64,000 nt of DNA, from NCBI RefSeq assembly GCF_009914755.1, contig NC_060925.1; one strand, written 5' to 3'. A program made the translations under genes and the position numbers. The notes beneath the pieces were generated by a model that saw only the letters and a list, made by a program, of their open reading frames with translations, did no database searches and was not told where the DNA came from. This DNA is from the human T2T-CHM13v2.0 reference genome, Homo sapiens. Shown here piece after piece: positions 37,700 through 61,628 of this stretch. Positions within the stretch are counted from its first letter, which is position 1; every line of letters begins with the position of its first letter.

Positions 37700-38013
37700 A
37701 AAAAAATAAACATGGTAAGCAATCACAGAAGGGGAAATCTGAATACCAACAGTATAAATTAATCCTCTACCTTGAACGCAATCAGAAAAATGCACATTAA
37801 AATAATAATGAGATACCACTTTACACCCATCAGGTAGGCAAAAATTAGTCCGGTAATACCAAATATTAGCAAGATCCAAGATGAGAGGAAACAAATCCCT
37901 GCTGTACTCCTGGAGTGTGAGACATGCAGCCGTTTCCATTTTTGTAGTAAAGAATCTGGCAGAGCTTTGTGAAATTAAATATGCACATGCTCTATGACCC
38001 AGCAATTCTACTC

Positions 38014-39016
<1,003 letters not shown>

Positions 39017-39122
39017 ACTCCTTCATATACGTTACAGAGAAACTTGTGTCTAGATTCATAAGGGGTCACATGCAAGAATATTTATCACAGCATTATTTGT
39101 GGAAGCTCAATGTTAGAACTCA

Positions 39123-39557
<435 letters not shown>

Positions 39558-39755
39558 TTAAAAATAGTAATGAGTGAAAAAACAAAACCATATTGTTTGC
39601 ACAGTAACACTCATGTCAATTTAAAACTACACCAAGGAACGTGCGCGGGGTTCATGCCTGTAATCCCAGCACTTTGGGAGGCCGAGGCAGCAGATCACCT
39701 GAGGTCCGGAGTTTGAGACCAGCCTGGCCAACATGGTGAAACCCTATCTCTACTA

Positions 39756-39911
<156 letters not shown>

Positions 39912-40717
39912 TCAAAAAAAATAAAAATAAAAATAAGATACATTAAAATAAATAAATAAATAAAAACTACACCAAGGAACTTCTGGCTATAGCAGTGTAA
40001 AGGGATCTGTGAATCTTCACCAAAAAAACTATGAAATTAAATAAAATTGCCCCAAACAATGATTTCAAGTCTCTGGAAACTGAGCAAGGCAGAAAACAAA
40101 TTGAGGAGCTTTTATTCTTGAAAAACTGCTACAGCTTCAAGCAAAAGCAATGTGAGTTTGCAGCCTTCTTGCCTGAGGCTGCTCCCATCCAACTTCCTTG
40201 GTGGCTGGGAACTGTAGTTTTACCAGTATGGAACTGGCTGTGAAAATCAGCAATGTTTGCTGTCACAGTGGGTAGACTGAAATTGTAGGAGTTAGTTAGG
40301 TGGAGGCGGACAAAAGCCTACAATGTTCTCAGCTGAATGATATGAAGTTGGTAGGAAATAAACAGGCAAAAAACCCTCTAGCTGTACTAACTCAAAGTAG
40401 CACTCCTAGTTGTGTTCAGTGGTGGAAAAGCCAGAAATTTAGCTGGAAAATAGGAAACTACAAAAGGGCTGAGATAAGCTCTCCCACATCCCTGGCTCAC
40501 TGGGAAACTATCATATGCATGGAGGATAGCTCAGAGAGCTCCCTGAAAAATAAAAGACAAGGAAGACTTGAACACTGCTGCACATTTTAATACACTTCTC
40601 ATCCTTCAAACAGATATATTGGCAGAAGTGGATGCTATATGGGCTTGAGGTGTTGGAACACAATGCTTATTCTAATCATTGGCTGAACACTGTGCTATGT
40701 AAGCATAGGGGTGATAC

Positions 40718-41519
<802 letters not shown>

Positions 41520-42106
41520 ATCCTTGAGGGAACATTTTTTTTTTTTTGAGACGGAGTCTAACTCTGTCGCCCAGGCTGGAGTGCAATGGCTCGATCTTGG
41601 CTCACTGAAACCTCCACTTCCCAGGATCAAGCAATTCTCCTACCTCAGCTTCCCGAGTAGCTGAGAGTATAGCTGGGTGCCACCATGCCCGGCTAAATTT
41701 TGTATTTTTAGTAGAGATGGGGTATCGCCATGTTTGCCAGGATGGCCTCAAACTCCTGACCTCAGGTGATCCATCCACCTTAGCCTCCCAAAGTGCTGGG
41801 ATTACAGACATGAGCCACTGCACCTGGCTGGAAAAATTTATTATTATTATTATTTGAGATAGGGGTCTCACTCTGTCACCCTGGCTGAAGTATAGTGGCA
41901 TGATCTCGGTTCACTGCAACCTCTGCCTCCCAGTCGCAAGCAATCTTCCTACTTCAGCTCATGAGTAGCTGGGACCACAGGTACATGCCACCACTACCTG
42001 CTAAGTTTTTGTATTTTTAGTAGAGATGGGGTCTTGGTATGTTGCCCAGGCTGGTCTCAAACTCCTGAGCTCAAGCCGCTTTGGCCTCCCAAAAGTGCTG
42101 GGATTA

Positions 42107-42340
<234 letters not shown>

Positions 42341-42343
42341 TCA

Positions 42344-42448
<105 letters not shown>

Positions 42449-42555
42449 TCAAACAAAACAAAACAAAACAAAACAAAACAAAACAAACAAACAAACAAAA
42501 AAAACGAGAATAAAAACTGAGCAGACACATTAGCAGCTGCACACTGTGGAATGAT

Positions 42556-42759
42556 AGACTCTACAGTTTAACTCCAGACAAATGACACACACACACACAT
42601 CAGCATCACCAGCATCACCACCATTCAGAAAAATACAATAGAATCCAGACTCTACGGTTTAACTCCAAATTACACACACACACACATACACACACACACA
42701 CACACCCCATCAGCATCACCAGCATCACCACCTTTCGGAAAAATACAACAGAATCCAGA
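42556..42759. repeat. Two-copy tandem duplication (91 and ~110 bp units) containing (CA)n
   Basis: agactctac.gtttaactcca...cagcatcaccagcatcaccacc...aaaaataca..agaatcc occurs twice head-to-tail. Confidence 0.9.
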
Positions 42760-42889
42760 GTTATTACAGTCTATTATCTAAAATGACCAGTTTTTTAGAG
42801 GAGGAAGAGGATAAAATGATCAGTTTTCAAGAAAAAATTATGACACATGCGAAGAAACCTAAAAAACAGTAACTCATATCCTGATTTTA

Positions 42890-43042
<153 letters not shown>

Positions 43043-43045
43043 TCA

Positions 43046-43292
<247 letters not shown>

Positions 43293-43295
43293 TCA

Positions 43296-43583
<288 letters not shown>

Positions 43584-44444
43584 TTAAATAAAAATGTTTA
43601 ACAATGACTCAATAAATATGGAATCTCAACAGAGAAATAGAAGCTATAAAAAAAGAATCAAACAGAAATTCTAGAATTATAAAGTAAAATAACTGAAATG
43701 AAAATTTTACTAAATGAACCCAATAGCAGATTTAAGATAGCAGAGGAAAAATTTAATAAACTTGAAGATAGATCAATAATAATAATCTAGTCTGAATGAC
43801 AGAGACAAAAATGATTGCAGGAAAGTGAACAGCTGGGTACAGTGGCTCACACCTGTAATCCCAGCACTTTGGGAGGCTGAGGCAGATGGATTGCTTGAGC
43901 CCAGGAGTTTAAGACCAGCCTGGGCAACATGATGAAACCCTATCTCAACAAAACATACAAAAGTAAGCTGGATATGGTGGTGTGCCCCTATAGTCCCAAC
44001 TACTTGGGAGGCTGAGGCAGAAGAATCGCTTGAGCCTGGGTGGTCAAGGCTGCAGTGACCATGTTCATGTCACTGCACTCCAGCCTGGGTGACAAAGCAA
44101 GACTGTCTCAAAAAAAGAAACAAAAAAACCAAAAAACAAAAACAAAAAAACACCGAAAACAAAAAGACTCAGAGGCCAGTGGTACATCAAGCATGCCGAT
44201 ATACATGTAATACATGTCCAAAGGAGAGGAGACAAAGGGTCAGAAAAAAGTAGTTGAAAAAATAATACAAAGGCCAGGTGTGTAGCTCACACCTGTAATC
44301 CCAGTACTTTGGGAGGCCGAGGCGGGCAGATCACAAGGTCAAGAGATTGAGACCATCCTGGCCAACATGGTGAAACCCCATCTCTACTAAAAATGCAAAA
44401 ATTAGCCAGGTGTAGGGGTGTGTGCCTGTAGTCCCAGCTACTCA

Positions 44445-44585
<141 letters not shown>

Positions 44586-44673
44586 TCAAATTTGATGAAA
44601 AACATTACACATCTGAGAATCTCAATAAACCTCAAATACATAGACACATCACGGTCAACTTGTTTAAAGACAA

Positions 44674-44772
44674 TTGGCTACCACATGTACAAAAATTCGA
44701 ACAATTCAGAGAAGATTAGCCAGTCTCCTGTACAAGAATGGCATGCAAATTTGTGAAGCATTCCATATTTTT
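44674..44772 (+). pseudogene. U6 snRNA pseudogene, copy 1
   Basis: cacat.tac.aaaatt.gaac.at.cagagaagattagc...caaattt gtgaagcattccatatttt aligns to U6; many substitutions, no PSE/TATA. Confidence 0.85.
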
Positions 44773-45382
44773 ACATGTAAATAAAAGAAAAAATAAAAGC
44801 AAATGTACTATATATAGAGAGTAATACTACTGTGTTAAATACACAGATGAATACAAAAAATCTGAGCATGGAAGAATGAATTTAAAAATAAGTGATTACA
44901 ATAAAAAGACAAAAAAGATCTTTCAGACAGCAAGAAAAAAAGACTCATCAAATATGGGGGAAGAAGTACACAATTAACGGCAGACTTCTCTTCAGAAACA
45001 ATGGAGACCAGGAGGCAATGGAATGAGATATTTTAAGAGCTGAAAGAAAATTACGGCCATGTGTGGTGGCTCATGCCTGTAATCTCGGCACTTTGGGAAG
45101 CCAAGGCAGGTGGACTACTTGAGCTCAGGAGTTTGAGACTAGCCTGGACAACATGGCAAGGCACCATCACTACATAAAAATTTTTAAAAATTAACTAGTT
45201 CCAGCCTGGCCAACATGGCAAAACCCTGACTGTAATAAAAATACAAAAAAAAATTAGCTGGGCGTGGTGGCTAACACCAGTAATCCCAGCACTTTGGGAG
45301 GCCGAGGCAAGTGGATCACTTGAAGTCAGGAGTTTGAGACCAGCCTGGCCAACATGGCAAAACCCCGTCTCTACTAAAACTA

Positions 45383-45613
<231 letters not shown>

Positions 45614-45672
45614 TCATGAGGTCAGGAGATCGAGACCATCCTGGCTAACATGGTGAAAACCTGTCTCTACTA

Positions 45673-46025
<353 letters not shown>

Positions 46026-46523
46026 TCAAAAAAAAAAAAAAAAAAAAAAAAGAAAAGAAAGATTTAAGGGATAAAGCTAAAGCAATGCTTAGAAGAAGAT
46101 TTGTAGCTTAAATGCCTTTAGTAGAAAGAAAGAAAGGTCTACAATCAATAATCTAGGCTGGGCATGGTGGCTCACGCCTGTAATCCCAGCATTTTGGGAG
46201 GCCGAGGCAGGTGGATCACCTGAGGTCAGGGGTTTGAGACCAGCCAGGCCAACATGACGAAACCCGAAACCCCATCTCTACTAAAAATACAAAAACTAGC
46301 TGGGTGTGGTGGCACATGCCTGTAATCCCAGCTACTTGGGAGGCTGAGACAGAGAATCGCTTGAACCTGGGAGGCAGAGGTTGTAGCTGGCCGACATTGT
46401 ACCACTGCACTCCAGCCTGAGTGACAGAGCAAGACTCTACCTCAAAAAAATAAAAAACAAAATAAAATAAAATCAATAATCCAATCTTTCACTTCAAGAA
46501 GCTGGAAAAATAAGAGTAAATCA

Positions 46524-46733
<210 letters not shown>

Positions 46734-46821
46734 TCAAATTTGATGAAAAACATTACACATCTAAGAATCTCAATAAACCTCAAATACCTAGACACATCAC
46801 GGTCAACTTGTTTAAAGACAA

Positions 46822-46920
46822 TTGGCTACCACATATACTAAAATTTGAACAATTCAGAGAAGATTAGCCAGTCTCCCGTATAAGAATGGCATGCAAATTT
46901 GTGAAGCACTCCATATTTTT
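46822..46920 (+). pseudogene. U6 snRNA pseudogene, copy 2 (within a duplicated block)
   Basis: Near-identical to copy 1 including flanks. Confidence 0.85.
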
Positions 46921-47066
46921 ACATGTAAATAAAAGAAAAAATAAAAGCAAATGTACTATATATATAGAGTAATACTACTAGTTCTTTGGAAAGATCAACA
47001 AAACAGACATATCTTTAGCTAGATTGCCCAAGAAAAGAGGAAAGAACATACACATTACCAAAATCA

Positions 47067-47480
<414 letters not shown>

Positions 47481-47610
47481 CTAAAGAAAGAAAAAAAGAA
47501 AATCCAAATAGACCTATACCAAGGAAAAGGAAAAGAATTTGGATTTAAAATCGTCCCACAAGAAAATGCCTAGGTCCAGATGCTTTATTGCTAAATCATG
47601 TCAACACTTA

Positions 47611-48102
<492 letters not shown>

Positions 48103-48167
48103 TCATGCCTATAATCCCAGCACTTTGGGAGGCAGAAGCAAGCAGATCACCTGAGGTCAGGAGTTCA

Positions 48168-48427
<260 letters not shown>

Positions 48428-48686
48428 TCACATTCTGAGATCATATAATTATAAACAAGTTTTTCACCTATATGCACTATGGTAGGACATTCTAAAGTCA
48501 TGTAGGACATACATAGAACAAGTCTTTGTTGCGTGTCTTGCAGAATGTTTAGAATATCTGGACTCTGACTACTAAATGTAAGAATTACTGCCCCTTTCCC
48601 ACCCATTGTGAAACAACATTGACAAAAATTCTGACTACAATTTTTTTTTTTGAGACAGGGTCTCTGTTGCCCAGGCTGGATTGTAG

Positions 48687-49302
<616 letters not shown>

Positions 49303-49612
49303 CTAATAGAAGTTCTTCTACCTGGAAACATGAGTATGTGGTATAAGAATAATAAGCACATATTACTTTAGAAACTATGAAAATAAAACCAATTTTTTCT
49401 TCTTTTTCAAAGTGACAGGGGAGAGATCTCGATGCAGGATATGGTGACTTTTTTTTTTTTTTGAGACAGGCTCTCACTTTGTTACTCAGGCTGGAGTGCA
49501 GTGGCCGAGATCTTGGCTCACTGCATCCTCGACCTCCTGGGCTCAAGTGATCCTCCCACCTCAGCTCCCCAGGTAGCTGGAACTACAGGCATGCTCCACC
49601 ATGCCTGGCTAA

Positions 49613-49804
<192 letters not shown>

Positions 49805-50445
49805 TAGTGATGGGGGTCTTAGTATGCTGTCCAGGGGGCTGGTCTTGAACTCCTGGCCTCAAGTGATCCTCCCACTTCAGCCTCCCAAAGTGTGGAGATT
49901 ACAGGCTTGAGCCACCGCACTCAGCCCTAAATGTGTTTGTTGTTTTTTGTTAAAGAGCCGGGGCTGCTCTGCTTATGGAGTAGCCATTCTTTTATTCCTT
50001 TACCAGAAAAAGAAGAATAAAAGAGCCAGGCCTGAATGGGGGTATGTCTCACTATGTTGACCAGGCTGGTCTCGAATTCCTGGGCTCAAGTGATTCTCAC
50101 GCCCGGGATGGAAGGCATGAACCACCGCGCCCAGCCACTTTACTTCTTCACAAGTGTATCTCTGAAGATCACTGCCACATAAACCTTCTACATGGAACTC
50201 TCCATATCAGGGCCTGTTTCCAGGGAGAACCAATCTAAGACATTTAGTTTTTCCAACCCACACACTTTGTACCATTAGCCACCCTCCTTGAGTCTTTCAG
50301 GTTAAAGAATATCAAAAGTCAGACTGGGTGTGGCAGCTCCTGCCTGTAATCCCAATACTTTGAGAGGCTGAGGTGGGATGATCACTTGAGATCAGGAGTT
50401 CAAGACCAGCTTGGGCAACATAGTGAGACCCCCATATCTACCAAA

Positions 50446-50484
<39 letters not shown>

Positions 50485-50657
50485 AAACATTCAGAACAGG
50501 GATCTCTGAGGGAAGAAAATATTTTAAAAACCAATTTTGGTGGCGGGGGACAGTCATGCTCTGTCACCCAGGCTGGAGTGCAGTGGTGCGATCTCGGCTC
50601 AGTGCAACCTCTGCCTCCTGAGTTCAAGTGATTCTCCTGCCTCAGCCTCCTGAGTAG

Positions 50658-50864
<207 letters not shown>

Positions 50865-51437
50865 TGAGCAGAGGGAGTAGCTGACACACAATGTGGTTGC
50901 AGCAGAACCTTAACTGATCCTTGGATTTTACAGACAGCCCTGGAATGAAGATAATTTTTCAGAGCTGTCCCAAATGAAGGCAAAGGGACCATGATTTTGT
51001 GTCACTGCATTAGCCAATCATTGGCTGCAGGAAAGAAAGGTCAAAACAATTTCCTGTGGCTGATGGTAATGTCCAGTGAGGGAGGCAGCGGTGGGCCATC
51101 AGTGGCTGATATTCCTAGCAGCTGGGGAGTAGGCTTATGATCCTAGAAAGGGAATCTGGGTGAAACACCGGTGTTTTCTACAGTTTACCACTTGCACTAC
51201 TCAGATCCTTTTTTTTTTTTTTTTGAGACAGAGTCTCGCTCTGTCGCCCAGGCTGGAGTGCAGTGGGGCGATCTTGGCTCACTGCAACTTTGCTTCCTGG
51301 GTTCAAGCAATTCTCTACCTCAGCCTCCCAAGTAGCTGGGATTACAGGCGCCTGCCACCACACCCGGCTAAATTTTTTTGTATTTTTAGTAGAGATGGGG
51401 TTTCACCATCTTGGCCAGGCTGGTCTTGAACTCCTGA

Positions 51438-51818
<381 letters not shown>

Positions 51819-51857
51819 TAGCTGGGATTACAGGCATAAGCCACAATGCCCAGCTAA

Positions 51858-52013
<156 letters not shown>

Positions 52014-52325
52014 TAGTTAGTTTGCCCTGTTGGGGAAAAGCATCTATAGCGTTCTGATTGGTTTCATTTCCTGGGGGAACTTTGAGAGAAGGATTAAGTG
52101 GAAAAGTTTATAGCCTTTTTACTGCTGCAATTAGTTTTGAGGTTCTAAGAACTTCTCATTATCCCCTCCTGTACCACTAATGCCAGATTCTCCTCACCTT
52201 TGGCTAGCACTTCTGCTGGTCTAGAGAGCTGGGTAGCAGAGTGACCCAGACCCTAAATCCTGAGAGTGCCTTTGGTTACCATGTGGCTGCTATACTTTTC
52301 TATTTACTGTTAGAATTCTTTTCTA

Positions 52326-52544
<219 letters not shown>

Positions 52545-53031
52545 TTAATTTAAAAAACAAGGCTGGGCGCAGTGGCTCATGCCTGTAATCCTTGCACTTT
52601 GGGAGGCCGAGGTGGGTGGACCACTTGAGGTCAGGAGTTCGAGACCAGCCTGGCCAGCATGATGAAACCCCATCTCTACCAAAAATACAAAAAATTAGCT
52701 GTGCACGGTGGCGCGCACCTGTAATCCCACCTACTCAGGAGGCTGAGGCAGGAGAATCACTTGAACCCAGGAGGTGGAGATTGCAGTGTGCCAAGTTCGC
52801 GCCACTGCACTCCAGCCTGGGCAACAAGAGCAAAACTCCATCTAAAAAAAAAAAAGGCCAGGCACAGTGGCTCACACCTGTAATCCCAACATTTTGGGAG
52901 GCCGAGGCAGGTGGATCACTTGAGGTCAGGAGTTCGAGACCAGCCTGGCCAACATGGCAAAACACTGTCTCTATTAAAAATACAAAAATTAGCCAAGCTT
53001 GGTGGCATGCGCCTGTTATCTCACCTACTCA

Positions 53032-53217
<186 letters not shown>

Positions 53218-53504
53218 TCAAGAGTTCAAGACTAGCCTGGCCAACATAGTGAAACCCTGTCTCTACTAAAAATACAAAAATTAGCCAGGCGTGGTGGCGG
53301 GTGCCTGTAATCCCAGCTACTTGAGAGGCTGAGGCAGGAGAATTGTTTGAACCTGGGAAGTGGAGGTAGCAGGTCAGCTGAGATTGTGCCATTGCACTCC
53401 AGCCTGGGCAACAGAGACTCCATCTCAAAAAAAAGAAAGATCAGTAGATCCTTTTGTCACATGCCCACTGCCATATCCCCACTGCTGTAATGTTGATCTT
53501 TTAG

Positions 53505-53762
<258 letters not shown>

Positions 53763-54124
53763 TGATCTCAAACTCTTAGCCTCAAGTGATCCAACCGCCT
53801 CAGCCTCCCAAAGTGCTGGGATTACAGGTGTGAGCCATCGTGCCCGGCCAGACTTCATGTTGATGGATCAAACACTCTGTAAGTCCTTGGAGAGTGGTAC
53901 TAGTTACGGGCAGACCCTATGGGCAGGAAAGGCAAACCTATATTCAGAATACGTGTCAATTTCAGTCAAAGGTGGTGGGGTATAATGTCATCAACTTGTC
54001 CCTGAACGGCTGCTTGTTCTTCTCGTGGGATAGAACCATATGGGGGCTTAGCCCTGGCGTTTATTAATGACAGATTGAACACTGGCAGCAGCCATAGCTA
54101 TTTCAGCCTTGGTGAGTAGGAGTT

Positions 54125-54341
54125 TGTATTAGTCAGGGTTCTCCAGAGAGACAGAACCAATAGGATATACTGGAGGGAGAGAGAGAGAGAGAAGAAGAGG
54201 GGATTTTAAAGCTCAGTCTACTGACTCATATGTCAATCTCCCCTGGAAACACCCTCATAGACATATCCAGAAACAATGCTTCACCAGCCATGGAGGCGTC
54301 CCTCAATCCAGTCAAGTTGACACCTAAAATTAGTCATCACA
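54125..54341 (-). mobile_element. MLT2 LTR, internally deleted
   Basis: tgtattagtcagggttctccagagagacagaacc ... gtcaagttgacacctaaaattagtcatcaca; 5-bp TSD gagtt/gagct. Confidence 0.75.
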
Positions 54342-56042
54342 GAGCTCATGCTGGTGGGCCCATGCATCACCTCCATCTCTACGACCAGTTACTCCATTCA
54401 TTGTACCCATTGTTCAGAGCTGGGGTGGCTGATGACAATGGCTGAGTCATTCTGTCTACTTATCTGTTCAATGCTTCCTTTGTAATGGATGCTCTCTGGT
54501 GGGCATAACATGTTGTACAAAGATCGTACACTTCAAGACCACTCCTATCGTTACAGAGTCTCACTCTGTTGCCCAGACTGGAGTGCAGGGCTGCAATCAT
54601 AGCTCACTGAAGCCTTGAATTCCTGGGCTCAAGCAATCCTCTTACCTCAGCCTCCCAAGCTGGACCACAGGCGTGTGCCACCATGCCCTGGCTCTCAGAC
54701 CTTTTTGTCCTTGTTCTTTCACTCTTTCTTCTCAAGCCCTTGACGAACCAACCGGGGCATTTGCCACTGACTATGTGACTGTGTGAATATTCTGCCCATG
54801 TGAATATTCTCATGTAGGGCTACTTCTCTTTCCACACAAAGGGGATGACCAGATATACTGTCCAAATCTTTGTCCCTGGAAGGATTTCCCCTCACCACTA
54901 TCTTCCAGAGCTGCTTCTGAGTGAGGCTGCAATGCAGCAGGATTCTCTTTTTTGGCTTTTCCCCATTTACCATGCCAATCCATCTGTGAGCAAAGCTTGG
55001 GCTTTTGCCTTCCCTGTCAGCAAGTCACAGGGATCCCTGACAGGGCCATAGGTGAGAGCTGAAGAGAGATGTCAGTGCAACACTGCTGAGTGACCTGGGA
55101 GTCTGGGCCACTTGCTTTGAAGCTTGCTTTGCCCTCTGATCCTGCTTATGCCTGATATCAAAGATGCCACCTCTATCTTACAATGTTTTTGTTGTTGTTG
55201 TTGTTTTGTTTTGTTTTTTGAGACAGGGTCTCACTCTGTCGCCACAATATGTTCTTGCTGGGCCCACTCTTCCTAATGACATGGAGGATCTGACAGAGCC
55301 CAGCTTTTGATGGTTAGTTCTGGCCACTTGGTTACTTGATGTCCTATAGTCAGGTTCTGTGTCTCTACCGGAGCCCAGGAGCATTTCAAGAGCTGCTTTT
55401 CAAGTGGTGGGTATTTTCCTGCTGCAGATGGCATGGATTTGCTCCAGAGCTTCAGGGGCCTACATTATGATTCTCCTCTGAGAGCTTGCCAAACCAAAAC
55501 CAACATCTTCTCCAACCACAGACATTCCAGTCTCTTACGTTCTGCTAGGTCACAAGGCTGCAGAGGCCTTTTCTGCTTTTGGCCCCACTCAAAGTTGATG
55601 TCTTTCAGTGTCAGCTAGTAAATTGGTCAGGGTTGTATTCCTAACTGTGAAATATTGCTCCAGAGTCCTAAGAAGATTGGCATCGCACTTCTTTTTTTCT
55701 TAGTGGTGGGAGGCATGAGATGCAATATCTGACCTTGACTTTGGATAGATATCCCAGCATGTCTCAGACCACTGGACCTCTAAAAACTTAACCAATGTAG
55801 AAATTTCCTGAAACTTTGCAGGGTTTTATTTCCCACTCTCTGAATACATGTATCTTTCCAAGGATACTTCTTGCTCTTCCCGTATGATTAGCATGATGTT
55901 ATACATATACAGTAGACTGGGCCACTTGCTTTGAAGCTTGCTTTGGAGCTAATATGATGTTCTTCAGAATGTTCATGTAGTCAAGATGCCTTCAGAGTAT
56001 ATTATGACAAAGGGCCAGAGAGTTAACATAATCCTGGAGTCA

Positions 56043-56372
<330 letters not shown>

Positions 56373-56912
56373 TCATGCCTCTAATCCCAACACTTTGGGA
56401 GGCCAAGGTGGGCAGATCACTTGAGGTTAGGAGTTCGAGACCAGCCTGGCCAACATGACTAAACCCCATCTCTACTAAAATTACAAAAATTAGCTGGACG
56501 TGGTGGCGTGCACCTGTTATCCCCCTACTCAAGAGGCTGAGGCAGGAGAATTGCTTGAACCCAGGAAGCGGAGGTTGCAGTGAGCTGAGATTGTGCCACT
56601 GCCCTCCAGGCTGGGTGACAGAGTGAGACTATCTCCAAAACAAAACAAAACAAAAAAACATAATCTTGGGACAAGCCCATAAACAAACATTGTTGTCCTT
56701 CCCATGTGGATGCAAATGATCCTGCTTCTGATTCTCCTTCTGATCTATTTGGGATGGAAAATAACATTCACAAACCAAATTAATGGCGTACACCAACACC
56801 CGGGGGCTATAATAAACTGTTTTACAAAGTTACCATGTGGGACACAGCAACTGCAATTGGGGTTGTTGTTTGGTTAAGTTTGGGGTACACTGCTGCCATC
56901 TGCCATGATCTA

Positions 56913-57492
<580 letters not shown>

Positions 57493-57748
57493 CCAGGGTG
57501 TTAAATCCTATGTCACAGGCGAGTGTTCCCATATCAATAAATTCTTCCATATCTATACCTTCCATGTCTAACTTTGTGTTCCACCTCCCTTGATCCAACA
57601 TTCTCAGTATCCAGTTCCATGTGTCTCTCCCAAATTCTGCAGGTACATATTAACAAGATCCTGAAGTTCCTTTACCATATATTTTCTCCCTTCTCTTAGT
57701 AGGCCAGAACATTCTTTTTGGGTCTTTGCTAGAATTCAATCCTTGTTA

Positions 57749-57973
<225 letters not shown>

Positions 57974-58009
57974 CTACTGCACTCCGGCCTGGGCAACAGA
58001 GTGAGACCC

Positions 58010-58682
58010 TGATATGGTTTGACTGTGTCGCCACCCAAATCTCATCTTGAATTCCCTCGTGTTGTGGGAGTGACCTGGTGGGAGGTAATTAAATCATGGG
58101 GGGTAGGTCTTTCCCATGCTGTTCTTGTGATAGTGAGTAAGTCTCACGAGATCTGATAGTTTTGTTGTTATTGTTGTTGTTTGAGACAGAGTTTTGGTCT
58201 TGTTGCCCAGGCTGGAGTGCAATGGTGCCATCTAGGCTTGCTGCAGCCTCTGCCTCCCGGGTTCAAGAGATCCTCCTGCCTCAGCCTCCCAAGTAGCTGG
58301 AACTACAGGTGCCTGCCACCATGCCTGGCTAATTTTTTGTATTTTTAGTAGAGACACGTTTTCGCCATGTTCGTCAGGCTGGTCTTGAACTCCTGACCTC
58401 AGGTGATCTGCCCGCCTACACCTCCCAAAATGCTGCGATTACAGGCATGAGCCACTGCACCTGGCCAGAGATCTGATGGTTTTATAAGAAGGAGTTTCCC
58501 TGGGCAAGCTCTCTTTGCCTGCTGCCATCCATGTAAGATGTGACTTGCTCCTCCTTGCCTTCTGCCATGATTGTGAGGCATCCCCAGCCATGTGGAACTG
58601 TGAGTCCATTAAACCTTTTTCCTGTAATAAATTACCCAGTCTCGGTATGTTTTTACTAGCAGCATGAAAATGGACTAACACA
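58010..58682 (+). mobile_element. THE1 solo LTR, interrupted by an Alu (58160-58466)
   Basis: tgatatggtttgactgtgtc...atggactaacaca; TSD gaccc/gacgc. Confidence 0.85.
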
Positions 58683-58695
58683 GACGCTGTCTCAA

Positions 58696-58703
58696 AACAC
58701 ACA

Positions 58704-58769
<66 letters not shown>
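58696..58769. repeat. Compound (CA)n(TA)n microsatellite
   Basis: Directly visible. Confidence 0.95.
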
Positions 58770-59011
58770 GTGAGCTAACTCTGCAGGCTTGGACAGAGGT
58801 TTCAGAGGAATCTGGGGACTCAAGATTCTGTTGTATCTACTTAGATGTCTCTATCCCGTCTCAAGATCCTACAGTTTTTCTTTTTGACCCTAACCTTGGC
58901 ATAGGAGATCTACAGGGGCTGAGAATTCAACCTTCTCTAAAGATCTACTACTTATATAATTAACACTTGAGCTGCTCCTTCACTCAATGCCCAATGGATA
59001 CAAGGGATTAG

Positions 59012-61360
<2,349 letters not shown>

Positions 61361-61528
61361 AAAATCTTCACAATTTATATTTAAATATTACAGTAAAGAC
61401 AGGCATAACAAATTATAAAAGTATTAATTTGGGGAACTAATAAATGTCCATAAAATCTTCACAATCCACGTTCTTCTGCCATGGCTTCAGCCGGTCCCTC
61501 CGTTTGGGGTCCCTAACTTCCCGCAACA
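61361..61528 (-). mobile_element. MER11 (HML-8) LTR 5' fragment immediately upstream of AQP10
   Basis: Minus strand begins tgttgcgggaagttagggaccccaaacggagggaccggctgaagccatggcagaagaacgtgg. Confidence 0.8.
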
Positions 61529-61628
61529 GTCTCTTCCTTATCTTTGCTGGGGACAGGCAGTAGCTGCACAGTGGCAGTGTGCCTATGCAGACAGAGGGAG
61601 CAGTGAACAGCAACAGGGTGTTTCCACC

